Below are positions 1 to 6,231 of a DNA stretch of 36,844 nt, in pieces. Made by a program: the position numbers and the translations under genes. The stretch is taken from the IMG/VR virus record IMGVR_UViG_3300049801_000015. The stretch is one strand, 5' to 3'. The notes below the pieces were generated by a model. It worked only from the letters and a program-made list of their open reading frames with translations. It made no database searches and was not told the DNA's origin. Source of the stretch: a virus. Each line of letters starts with the position of its first letter. The stretch's first letter is position 1.

Positions 1-123
1 GATTCTCTTGACCTCGCACGGTAGAACGGGGAAGGCATGACACCGGAAAGCCGCAACAACGCTAGGGAGTGGCTCATCATCATGGGGCTTGCCGTATCCG
101 TTGGCCTAAGCGTGTTCGCGTCC
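1..123. repeat. Direct terminal repeat, left copy (identical to 36722..36844)
   Basis: Bases 1-123 (gattctcttgacctcgcacggtag...gcgtgttcgcgtcc) recur exactly at 36722-36844. The repeat cuts through coding sequence, which is typical of a circular-assembly overlap or terminal redundancy. Confidence 0.95.
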
Positions 124-264
124 GCAAAGGACACGCCGACGCGGACGGAGATGGAATCAAAGGACGCGGCGATCGAGGTGCGCGTTGACCGGCAGTACAC
201 CGACATGATCCGGCGTCTGGAGCGCATTGAGGCGATCCTGCTTGAGCAAGGGGGGCAGCGGTGA
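37..264 (+). CDS. Small type-II membrane protein with a coiled-coil tail (Rz-like i-spanin or holin/antiholin candidate)
   Basis: 75 aa. ATG is preceded by GGGGAAGG. One N-terminal TM helix (WLIIMGLAVSVGLSVFA) is followed by a charged helical tail (DRQYTDMIRRLERIEAILLEQ). The stop overlaps the lysozyme start (GTGA). Family not recognised. Confidence 0.6.
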   Translation: MTPESRNNAREWLIIMGLAVSVGLSVFASAKDTPTRTEMESKDAAIEVRVDRQYTDMIRRLERIEAILLEQGGQR

Positions 265-671
265 GACTGGACGTTCTACTCTCCGATCTCAAGCGCGACG
301 AAGGACTACGCCTCAAGCCGTACCTCTGCACGGCGGGGCGCACGACTATCGGCGTCGGTCGCAATCTGGACGATGTTGGGATCACCGAGGCCGAAGCGCT
401 CTACCTCTTGGAGAACGACATCGGCGCCGCGATCCGCGTGTGCCGCCGCCTGTTCCCGACGTGGGACTCCATGACGGATGCGCGGCAAGAGGCGCTCGCA
501 AACATGGCGTTCAACTTGGGGGAAGCGGGCCTATCCAAGTTCAAGCAGATGCGGGCGGCAATCGAGGCGGGCGACTGGAACACCGCCGCCCAAGCCGTCC
601 TCGCATCCAAGTACGCCTACCAAGTGGGGGACAGGGCGAAGCGGATCGCCGCCGCCCTTCTGAACGGATGA
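261..671 (+). CDS. Endolysin, T4-type lysozyme (glycoside hydrolase family 24)
   Basis: 136 aa. LKRDEGLRLKPYLCTAGRTTIGVGRN aligns almost residue for residue with the T4 lysozyme N-terminus ([23 protein letters not shown]), with the catalytic Glu and the TIG Thr retained. The downstream RQEALANMAFNLG segment is also typical of this family. Confidence 0.9.
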   Translation: MRLDVLLSDLKRDEGLRLKPYLCTAGRTTIGVGRNLDDVGITEAEALYLLENDIGAAIRVCRRLFPTWDSMTDARQEALANMAFNLGEAGLSKFKQMRAAIEAGDWNTAAQAVLASKYAYQVGDRAKRIAAALLNG

Positions 672-779
672 TCCGCGCGGGCGCTGTGAGGCATGGCCGT
701 GGTGAGGGCTTCACCCCCTGCCGCTCATCTGACGAAGATCCTGCCCCTCGCCCGCGCCTTTTCTGAAAGGGGGTCGTGA

Positions 780-1466
780 ATGAATCTCATCCAGGGCGTG
801 AATAGGCTCATCCAATCGTGGATCGGCGGTGACGCCGGCAAGTGGTGGGGCGAGCAAGCCCTGGACGGGTATCCGCTGTTCCGCCCGTGCGACGTGGGGT
901 TCTCGCGCTACCACGGGACCATCGGTGCGCTCATCGCCTTCTTCTCCGGGCGCGGGTGGAGTCACCAATTCACACTCGTGAGCGGGTCGGAGATCGCGGA
1001 AGCTACAACGCCGGTTGGTCGCGTCACCAACTTGCGGGTCTACATGGACCGGAAACATTCGATGGTTGTGTACCGCTTCCCGGGTTCCGTGGTGTCGCCT
1101 CACTACAAGAGCCTGCTAGTCGGCCACGCGCGGGGCGTCGTGGGCAGGCCCTACGATTATACGAACATCGCCCGGCACCTCTTCGACTCCATCGCCAACT
1201 TCCTGTTTGGCGTGCGCCCGCTGGCCCAGTATGTGAAGGACGCGGACGGCGCGGGGAAGAACGTCTGTAGCGAATGGTGGGGCTGGGTTTGGTTCTTCGT
1301 CACCGGCTGGCCCTTCAATCCCGGCGCTCCCATCTCCAAGCTGCCCAAAGTCAAACAGGGCCAGGAGACCCCGGCCCAAAACTACGGGCGCACCATCGAG
1401 CTAGGCGCGGTCAAGGTATTCGAGATGCGGCGGGGTAAGATCGTCTACATCGCGGAGGACTTCTAA
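780..1466 (+). CDS. Permuted papain-like (NlpC/P60, YaeF/YiiX-type) amidase, second muralytic enzyme candidate
   Basis: 228 aa. The motif order is His before Cys: DVGFSRYHGTIGALIAF..GWSHQFTLV, then GRPYDYTNI and KNVCSEWWGWV. This resembles circularly permuted NlpC/P60 peptidases. It sits next to the lysozyme and holin. Confidence 0.55.
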   Translation: MNLIQGVNRLIQSWIGGDAGKWWGEQALDGYPLFRPCDVGFSRYHGTIGALIAFFSGRGWSHQFTLVSGSEIAEATTPVGRVTNLRVYMDRKHSMVVYRFPGSVVSPHYKSLLVGHARGVVGRPYDYTNIARHLFDSIANFLFGVRPLAQYVKDADGAGKNVCSEWWGWVWFFVTGWPFNPGAPISKLPKVKQGQETPAQNYGRTIELGAVKVFEMRRGKIVYIAEDF

Positions 1467-1546
1467 TGGCATGGTGGAACCGCATCACGCTCAAGGGCGC
1501 AATCAAGGCCGTCGTGGCCTACATCCTCTCGAAAGTGAGACGCTGA
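1466..1546 (+). CDS. 26-aa micro-ORF between the amidase and the holin-like gene (speculative)
   Basis: MAWWNRITLKGAIKAVVAYILSKVRR. The ATG overlaps the upstream stop (TAATG), and the ORF ends 1 nt before the next ATG, so it exactly fills the gap. It is too short for statistical support. Confidence 0.25.
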   Translation: MAWWNRITLKGAIKAVVAYILSKVRR

Positions 1547-1547
1547 C

Positions 1548-1835
1548 ATGGACCCCGCACTTCTACCGATTGACCCCCGATTCCTCAACGCCGCCGCCGT
1601 GCCGCTCACGGTACTGGTAGTCAAGATCCTGTCGGCACAACTCGCGCTCACCAAGGCGGGGAAGATCGCTGCCGTTGTCCTCGTCCCGGCTTTGATCGTC
1701 TGCGCCCTTGAGCTTGCGGGCTACGGGCTCGGCTGGCAGTTTGCCCCGCTCGTGTACATCGTCGCCACGCTTTCCAGCGTCGGTGCATGGAGCCTCGGTA
1801 AGAACGTCGGCGAGGCGAGCCGGGGCGGATCGTAA
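1548..1835 (+). CDS. Holin-like membrane protein (three predicted TM helices)
   Basis: 95 aa. Hydrophobic segments are AAAVPLTVLVVKILSAQLAL, IAAVVLVPALIVCALELAGYGL and FAPLVYIVATLSSVGAWSL, followed by a short charged C-terminus. It lies in the lysis cassette. Confidence 0.55.
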   Translation: MDPALLPIDPRFLNAAAVPLTVLVVKILSAQLALTKAGKIAAVVLVPALIVCALELAGYGLGWQFAPLVYIVATLSSVGAWSLGKNVGEASRGGS

Positions 1836-1864
1836 ATCCGATTGCCAATCTGCAAGGGGGAAAC

Positions 1865-2149
1865 ATGGCCGCGAAGAACTCGAAAGGGGACGGAAAGCGT
1901 CCCGATCCGACATCGCTAGCACGCGCCGCCGTCGATGGCTACCGAATGCCCCGCAAGAAGTGCTACTCCTGCCACCTGCCACCCGATGCCGCCGCCTGCC
2001 TTGCCGAGTTTGTAGCGCTCAAGCTCGCCGGGCAGACGGTCCCGGTGCCCCTCGTGTACCGGGTGCTGCATGACAACTACGGATTCAGCGAGACGGAATC
2101 GGCGCTCCGCAATCACCTGAAGGACCACGTTCCGGGTTGGCGCGCGTGA
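1865..2149 (+). CDS. Hypothetical basic protein with CxxC and HxxxH residues
   Basis: 94 aa. ATG is preceded by AAGGGGGAAAC. It has a Lys/Arg-rich N-terminus, a CYSC motif and a C-terminal HLKDH motif. No family recognised. Confidence 0.55.
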   Translation: MAAKNSKGDGKRPDPTSLARAAVDGYRMPRKKCYSCHLPPDAAACLAEFVALKLAGQTVPVPLVYRVLHDNYGFSETESALRNHLKDHVPGWRA

Positions 2150-3102
2150 CCGACCCGAAAGCCGTGGCGCGGGCGGCGGTGGAGGACTGGACGGCGAAAC
2201 TCCAAGGACCGGCGCTCAGGTTCCCCCACCTTCCCGACAAGGAACTTCCCGTCAATGTGCTGCTAGACCATGCGGAGAAAGTACAGTGCCAGCGGGAAGA
2301 GGCGGCCGAAGCCCGGAAGCTCATCCCCATCGGCATTGCCGTCCCCGGCCCTGTCGGGGTGCATGTGTTCGGGGATCCCCACATTGACGACCCCGACTGC
2401 GACATTCGCCAACTCCGGGCGGACGTTGCCCTAGTCCGCCGCACCGAGGGGCTTTACGCGCTCTGCATCGGCGACGATCGCAACAATTGGGTGGGCAGGC
2501 TCGGTGCCCTGTATGCGAATCAATCCACCTCTGCGGCCAACGCCCGGCGCCTTGTCGAATGGTTCGTTCGGTCGCTCAACGGCCGGTGGCTCGCCATGAT
2601 CGGCGGGAATCACGACCTGTGGAGCGGGGCGGACGATCCGCTCGATTGGCTGGCCTCGCAAGCCGGGACCGCCTATGAACCGTGGGAGGCGCGACTGGAA
2701 CTCCAGTTTCCGTTCGGCAACTCCATTCGCATCTGCGCTCAGCACAAGTGGGCGGGGAACTCCATGTGGAACACGGCGCACGGGATCACCCGGGGCGTGA
2801 TGACCGGGATGAGGGATCACGTCGCGCTCGGTGGGCACACTCACGTCTCCGGACGGGGCGTCCTGCGCGACCCGCTCACCGGAATGCTGTCGCAGATCGT
2901 TCAGGTTGCGAGCTACAAGGGGAGGGATGATTTCGCCAAGAAGATCGGGGCGCGGGACAACCACGTCTCCTGTAGCGCGACACTCATCATCGACCCTGAG
3001 AACCCGTCGCCCGATGCCGTCGTTACCGTGCTGGACAACGCGGCCGAGGGCGCCGAATACCTCACCTGGAAGCGGGCGCGGTGGCGCAAGAGGCGGAAGT
3101 GA
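2137..3102 (+). CDS. Calcineurin-like metallophosphoesterase (cytoplasmic)
   Basis: 321 aa. All canonical metallophosphoesterase motifs occur in order: GDPHID (DxH), CIGDDRNNW (GDxxDR), GGNHDLW (GNHD), a central His region (AQHKW) and GGHTHVSG (GHxH). No signal peptide. The start may instead be the GTG at 2146, which overlaps the upstream stop (GTGA). Confidence 0.85.
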   Translation: MARVTDPKAVARAAVEDWTAKLQGPALRFPHLPDKELPVNVLLDHAEKVQCQREEAAEARKLIPIGIAVPGPVGVHVFGDPHIDDPDCDIRQLRADVALVRRTEGLYALCIGDDRNNWVGRLGALYANQSTSAANARRLVEWFVRSLNGRWLAMIGGNHDLWSGADDPLDWLASQAGTAYEPWEARLELQFPFGNSIRICAQHKWAGNSMWNTAHGITRGVMTGMRDHVALGGHTHVSGRGVLRDPLTGMLSQIVQVASYKGRDDFAKKIGARDNHVSCSATLIIDPENPSPDAVVTVLDNAAEGAEYLTWKRARWRKRRK

Positions 3103-3467
3103 GCGCCCACCGCCTATTCCGCGCCTCATCCCTGACCGGGATGGAGCGCATCATGGCGGACGTGTGCATCGCCGGGATCAATTCCCTCGCTGAGGGACTG
3201 CCGCCGCCCAAGGTCATTGAGCCCCGGTTCTACCGCACGCCCCCCGAGGATCGCATGGTCGGCTACATCATGGAGCGGCGCGGCCGGCTGGTTCTGGCCC
3301 TGCAACTCCTTGACTGCCAACAGTGCATGGCGGTCAACCTCCGGCACGAGTACGCCCACGTTCTGGACTACTACACCGCCAAGGCGTCCGGGGAGCTCCA
3401 CGGCGACGGGTTCTACCAGTGCCTTGGGCAGGTGGACGCCTACGGGGATTCCTGCGGGACTAGCTGA
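3081..3467 (+). CDS. SprT-like zinc metallopeptidase-fold protein (HExxH)
   Basis: RHEYAHVLDYYTAKASGELHGDGFYQCL carries HExxH followed by an HGxxF element, as in SprT/Spartan-like domains. The start is uncertain: the ORF opens at GTG 3081, but the ATG at 3153 has GGAG 6 nt upstream and ATG 3141 is also possible. Confidence 0.55.
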   Translation: MAQEAEVSAHRLFRASSLTGMERIMADVCIAGINSLAEGLPPPKVIEPRFYRTPPEDRMVGYIMERRGRLVLALQLLDCQQCMAVNLRHEYAHVLDYYTAKASGELHGDGFYQCLGQVDAYGDSCGTS

Positions 3468-3592
3468 TTCGCCCGCCAACTGGTAAGAAACTTGCCGATA
3501 ACTGCGCGAAGGGGCATACGGGGCGCTTGACGGAGACTACGGGGCAGGTCCACAATGGCCCTGTGCGTTCATTAGAAGCCCCAGGAGGCGTT

Positions 3593-4156
3593 GTGACCCC
3601 ACAAGACGAACCGGACTTGACGGACGCCGGATATCGCGTGAACCGCGTCCGCGAAAACGAAATCGCTCCTCAATGTGTCATGCTGGGGGTGGGCAGGGAA
3701 ACGCTCCTCCAAACCATTTGTTGGGGGTGCGGGGAGAAGAGTCTAGATCCCGGACTGCCAGCCCTCTGCGCGGAGTGCGTCTGTGATGAGGACGTGATCG
3801 AGCGGGTGGCCGTAGAGATCCCCGACCGGGCGTTTACCCCCGGCCTAGTGGCAATCGTGATCGGATTCCAGCAACGGTTCGAGGCGTCCATTAAGCGGAC
3901 ACCGCTCCCGGTTCGCAAGGTGTTGGAGCGTGACAACTTGACCTGCCAATATTGCGGGGACAACCCGAGAGAGACCGCCGGGTTAGAGCTGCACATCGAT
4001 CACGTCAAACCCTTCAGCCACGGCGGGTCGAACCGTCCCGACAACCTTGTCGTGGCCTGCAAACGCTGTAACTTGTTAGTTAGCAACCTAGTATTCGACT
4101 CCTTCTGGGACAAGCGCCAGTACATTCGCCAGCAAGTCGGACTCATAACCGTCTAG
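3593..4156 (+). CDS. HNH endonuclease with an N-terminal Cys-rich (zinc-ribbon-like) region
   Basis: CQYCGDNPRETAGLELHIDHVKPFSHGGSNRPDNLVVACKRCN is a textbook HNH motif. CWGCG...CAECVC lies upstream of it. The ORF opens at TTG 3527, but the GTG at 3593 follows AGGAGG by 4 nt. Codon usage is visibly richer in A/T-ending codons (tta, gtt, cta, gta, ata) than neighbouring genes. Confidence 0.85.
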   Translation: MTPQDEPDLTDAGYRVNRVRENEIAPQCVMLGVGRETLLQTICWGCGEKSLDPGLPALCAECVCDEDVIERVAVEIPDRAFTPGLVAIVIGFQQRFEASIKRTPLPVRKVLERDNLTCQYCGDNPRETAGLELHIDHVKPFSHGGSNRPDNLVVACKRCNLLVSNLVFDSFWDKRQYIRQQVGLITV

Positions 4157-4200
4157 CCAACCCGAGATCGCCCGTCCTGGGGCCTCTAATGCGTTCGGCC

Positions 4201-4229
4201 TTGATAAGACTTGGGGCCTAACTTTTAAC
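4201..4229 (+). promoter_or_regulatory. Sigma70-like promoter candidate (TTGATA-17 nt-TTTAAC)
   Basis: TTGATA at 4201-4206 and TTTAAC at 4224-4229, inside the 227-nt AT-rich gap. The -35 region belongs to a ~20-nt motif repeated at 16865-16883. A TGGGGCCT direct repeat lies at 4178-4185 and 4212-4219. Confidence 0.3.
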
Positions 4230-4330
4230 AGGGCCGTGATAGTCAACCTCCCCGGCTGGCATTGTAAACCCGTCGAATCGACCGGGATTCTCGGGTCGAC
4301 GGCCCCGACTATCTGTTTCATGGAATTGGA

Positions 4331-4339
4331 TTATCCACA
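4331..4339 (+). promoter_or_regulatory. Perfect DnaA-box consensus TTATCCACA
   Basis: Exact 9/9 match to the E. coli-type DnaA box. It is embedded in the palindrome TGGATTATCCA (4327-4337) within the AT-rich intergenic region. The match is seen directly; function is not shown. Confidence 0.35.
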
Positions 4340-4348
4340 AAATAAGGG

Positions 4349-4377
4349 TTACAAGTGTATTACATCGGGCCGATAAT
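4349..4377 (+). promoter_or_regulatory. Promoter candidate (TTACAA-17 nt-GATAAT) positioned for a leaderless HTH-regulator mRNA
   Basis: The -10 element GATAAT (4372-4377) ends 7 nt before the ATG at 4384. No Shine-Dalgarno sequence precedes that ATG, although most other genes here have GGAGG-like sites. Related half-sites GGATTATCC (4328-4336) and CGATAATCC (4371-4379) flank it in inverted orientation. Confidence 0.4.
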
Positions 4378-4383
4378 CCTTGC

Positions 4384-4668
4384 ATGAACACAACGGGCCG
4401 TCGCCTCAAGCGCATCCGCAAGCTCCATGGCTGTACTTCAACCGCCGAACTAGCCGCCCTGTGCGGCGTCTCCACCGTCACGCTCTGGCGATGGGTCTCC
4501 GGCGAGTCGGTCCCGAGTCGGTTCGCGGCGGCCAGACTTTCAGAGCTTGAGGCGACCGGGCCGACCGAGGGCATCGGCTCTGCCTCATCCGGGCGGGCGA
4601 CGGCGGGAGCGGCTCAGGCTGCGCCGCCCGTTGACCCGCCCAACAATTCCAAAAGGAGGATTTCATGA
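4384..4668 (+). CDS. XRE/Cro-CI-type helix-turn-helix transcriptional regulator
   Basis: 94 aa. RLKRIRKLHGCTSTAELAALCGVSTVTLWRWVSGESVP is a typical XRE-family HTH. The C-terminus is a low-complexity Ala/Gly/Pro tail. It is the first gene after the main control region. Confidence 0.8.
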   Translation: MNTTGRRLKRIRKLHGCTSTAELAALCGVSTVTLWRWVSGESVPSRFAAARLSELEATGPTEGIGSASSGRATAGAAQAAPPVDPPNNSKRRIS

Positions 4669-4991
4669 GACTGCTCATCACGTTTGGCTATCAGTCGGTG
4701 TTGTTTGGTCCCGAAACAAACACGGGACCAATCATCGCCGCCTTGAGCGATGCCGTGCTTGTCGAGGAAGAGGGGCCGTGGGATCACCGTGTCTATGCGG
4801 CCAAGGACAAGACGGAGATCGGGGTGAAGTTGATTGGCGACGGCGACGTGCGCTTGCCGGATGTTCCGCGCGCAGTGGACCTCGATAAGCTCCTCGCCAT
4901 CGCCAAGGAGCGCGACGAGTTGAAGACGAAGGTCTACACGCTGGAGCAGCAGTTGAAGAAGATCACCGAGACGGTGACGCCCAAGGCTTGA
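4665..4991 (+). CDS. Hypothetical protein with a C-terminal coiled coil
   Basis: 108 aa. ATGA overlap with the upstream gene. The C-terminus DKLLAIAKERDELKTKVYTLEQQLKKITE is heptad-like. No family recognised. Confidence 0.6.
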   Translation: MRLLITFGYQSVLFGPETNTGPIIAALSDAVLVEEEGPWDHRVYAAKDKTEIGVKLIGDGDVRLPDVPRAVDLDKLLAIAKERDELKTKVYTLEQQLKKITETVTPKA

Positions 4992-5001
4992 TGCGGCATC
5001 G

Positions 5002-5064
5002 GAAGCCCGCGCGCTCTACTGGCCGGGGGGTTGCGCGCGCCGCTTCACCCTCCGCCCCCCGGCC
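5002..5064 (+). promoter_or_regulatory. Two interleaved GC-rich helices (pseudoknot topology) just upstream of an RBS
   Basis: Helix A pairs 5002-5014 with 5033-5046 (5 bp plus 7 bp around a small internal loop). Helix B pairs GGCCGGGGGG at 5021-5030 with CCCCCCGGCC at 5055-5064 (10 bp, perfect). The arms interleave as A5', B5', A3', B3'. The RBS GAGGAGGA lies at 5069-5076. Confidence 0.35.
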
Positions 5065-5083
5065 CATCGAGGAGGAGTGAACC

Positions 5084-5314
5084 ATGAACGCGCTAACCAT
5101 CACCAAGGCGCGCATCTTGATCGAGCGCGATGAGAACGGGTCGCGCGCCATCGGTGCCGCGATGAGGCACGTCCCCACCCGTGAAGAGCGGTTTACTTCC
5201 GAGATCATCGACCCGCCCGATTTCGGGCAGATCAAGCGCGTCTCCACGATCCACGGCGTCTCCGTGTTCGTCCAGCGCACCGCGTGGGACGAGTACCGCT
5301 ATTGGGAGGTGTAA
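5084..5314 (+). CDS. Hypothetical protein
   Basis: 76 aa. Strong RBS (GAGGAGGA) 7 nt upstream. No motif recognised. Confidence 0.6.
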   Translation: MNALTITKARILIERDENGSRAIGAAMRHVPTREERFTSEIIDPPDFGQIKRVSTIHGVSVFVQRTAWDEYRYWEV

Positions 5315-5316
5315 CC

Positions 5317-5430
5317 ATGTGGCAATGGATCGGATCGGGCGAGCGCCTTCCCCAACTGACCCGCGATGACTGGCACACGATCGGCGTACTCATGCTCGCG
5401 CTCGCCGTCGCGTGGTGCATCTTCCAGTGA
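5317..5430 (+). CDS. 37-aa single-pass membrane micro-protein (below the ORF-track cutoff)
   Basis: MWQWIGSGERLPQLTRDDWHTIGVLMLALAVAWCIFQ. GGGAGG lies 7 nt upstream of the ATG. A C-terminal TM helix is present, and the ORF fills the gap exactly. Confidence 0.5.
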   Translation: MWQWIGSGERLPQLTRDDWHTIGVLMLALAVAWCIFQ

Positions 5431-5537
5431 GACGCCTTGACCCCGTGTGCATCGCCGCGTGGCTGGCCGGGGTCGCGCTGTCGGCGCTCGTGTACTACGC
5501 GATCTGCCACGGGCTCATGACATGGGCCGGGAGGTAA
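5427..5537 (+). CDS. 36-aa single-pass membrane micro-protein (below the ORF-track cutoff)
   Basis: The GTG start overlaps the upstream stop (GTGA). Sequence VRRLDPVCIAAWLAGVALSALVYYAICHGLMTWAGR has a central TM helix. It ends 2 nt before the next start. Confidence 0.45.
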   Translation: MRRLDPVCIAAWLAGVALSALVYYAICHGLMTWAGR

Positions 5538-5539
5538 CT

Positions 5540-5734
5540 GTGAGCAAGGAACGTAAGACTCTATTCAACGCATGGTGCTGGACCATCGGCCTCATGCTGT
5601 GGGTTGCCAACATCATCATGGCAATCCTGAACGACGCGAGCGCGTTGCGCCTTGTCGTTCTGGGCGTGATTGTGCTGGTTTGGTTGGTGGTCGCCGCTTA
5701 TCACTGGACTCAGTGGGCGGAGGGTGGGCTGTGA
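5540..5734 (+). CDS. 64-aa two-pass membrane protein
   Basis: GTG at 5540 is preceded by GGGAGG with a 5-nt spacer. The TM helices are WCWTIGLMLWVANIIMAIL and LVVLGVIVLVWLVVAAYHW. The longer track ORF from 5447 would overlap the two micro-ORFs and has an Arg/Gly-rich, non-protein-like N-terminus. Confidence 0.6.
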   Translation: MSKERKTLFNAWCWTIGLMLWVANIIMAILNDASALRLVVLGVIVLVWLVVAAYHWTQWAEGGL

Positions 5735-6231
5735 AGCGCAAGCATGGATACATCGACCTGAAAGAGTGGGAGTGCGACGCCTGCGGGAAGGTGGTGCATT
5801 ACGACTACATCGACGGGCTCCCCGGCGCCTGCCCAAACTGCGAGGCCCAAATCCTTGGGTGCGAAGGATCGTGTTGCACGCTGGCCACAACGCGGATCGT
5901 GGACACTGGCGACGGCAATAGGGTTGGGCTCTGCGACAAGTGCGCCGACGATCATATCGTTTGTTCCAAGTGCGGAACGGCCGAACCCAAGCGGCTCGCG
6001 TGGGGCACCGTCTGCCGATCGTGTTTTAGTGCCGCCCCGGCGCGTGATCGGTTCGCGCTCCAAATGGCGGACTTGTTGCACGGGAGGCCCGACATCGGCG
6101 AGGCGCTTCGCTCCGACATCCTGCGCCACCTTGACGACGTGTGCGCCCATTACGAATCGCTCCTGTCGCCTGCCGTGCCGGTGCGCCGGGTGCCCGAGAA
6201 CGTCGGCGGTGACTGGCGGGCAGCGGTATGA
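5731..6231 (+). CDS. Multi-zinc-ribbon protein (several CxxC pairs)
   Basis: GTG 5731 overlaps the upstream stop (GTGA). The CxxC pairs are CDAC, CPNC, CDKC, CSKC and CRSC, plus a CC pair, followed by a helical acidic C-terminal half. Function unknown. It sits immediately upstream of the exonuclease/RecT pair. Confidence 0.6.
   Translation: MKRKHGYIDLKEWECDACGKVVHYDYIDGLPGACPNCEAQILGCEGSCCTLATTRIVDTGDGNRVGLCDKCADDHIVCSKCGTAEPKRLAWGTVCRSCFSAAPARDRFALQMADLLHGRPDIGEALRSDILRHLDDVCAHYESLLSPAVPVRRVPENVGGDWRAAV

Noticed and set aside
668-766. ATGA-coupled 32-aa ORF after the lysozyme (MIRAGAVRHGRGEGFTPCRSSDEDPAPRPRLF), considered as a proline-rich Rz1-like o-spanin.
   Set aside because: It has no hydrophobic signal sequence and no lipobox before the single Cys. 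It is the tail of the spurious 227..766 frame. I cannot exclude it, but nothing supports it.
4088-4321. Minus-strand 77-aa ORF divergent from the HTH regulator gene. It would give a cI/cro-like divergent pair.
   Set aside because: It has no Shine-Dalgarno sequence upstream of its ATG and no HTH or other motif. It overlaps the 3' end of the HNH gene by about 70 nt, and its composition is not protein-like. No other minus-strand gene exists in the genome.
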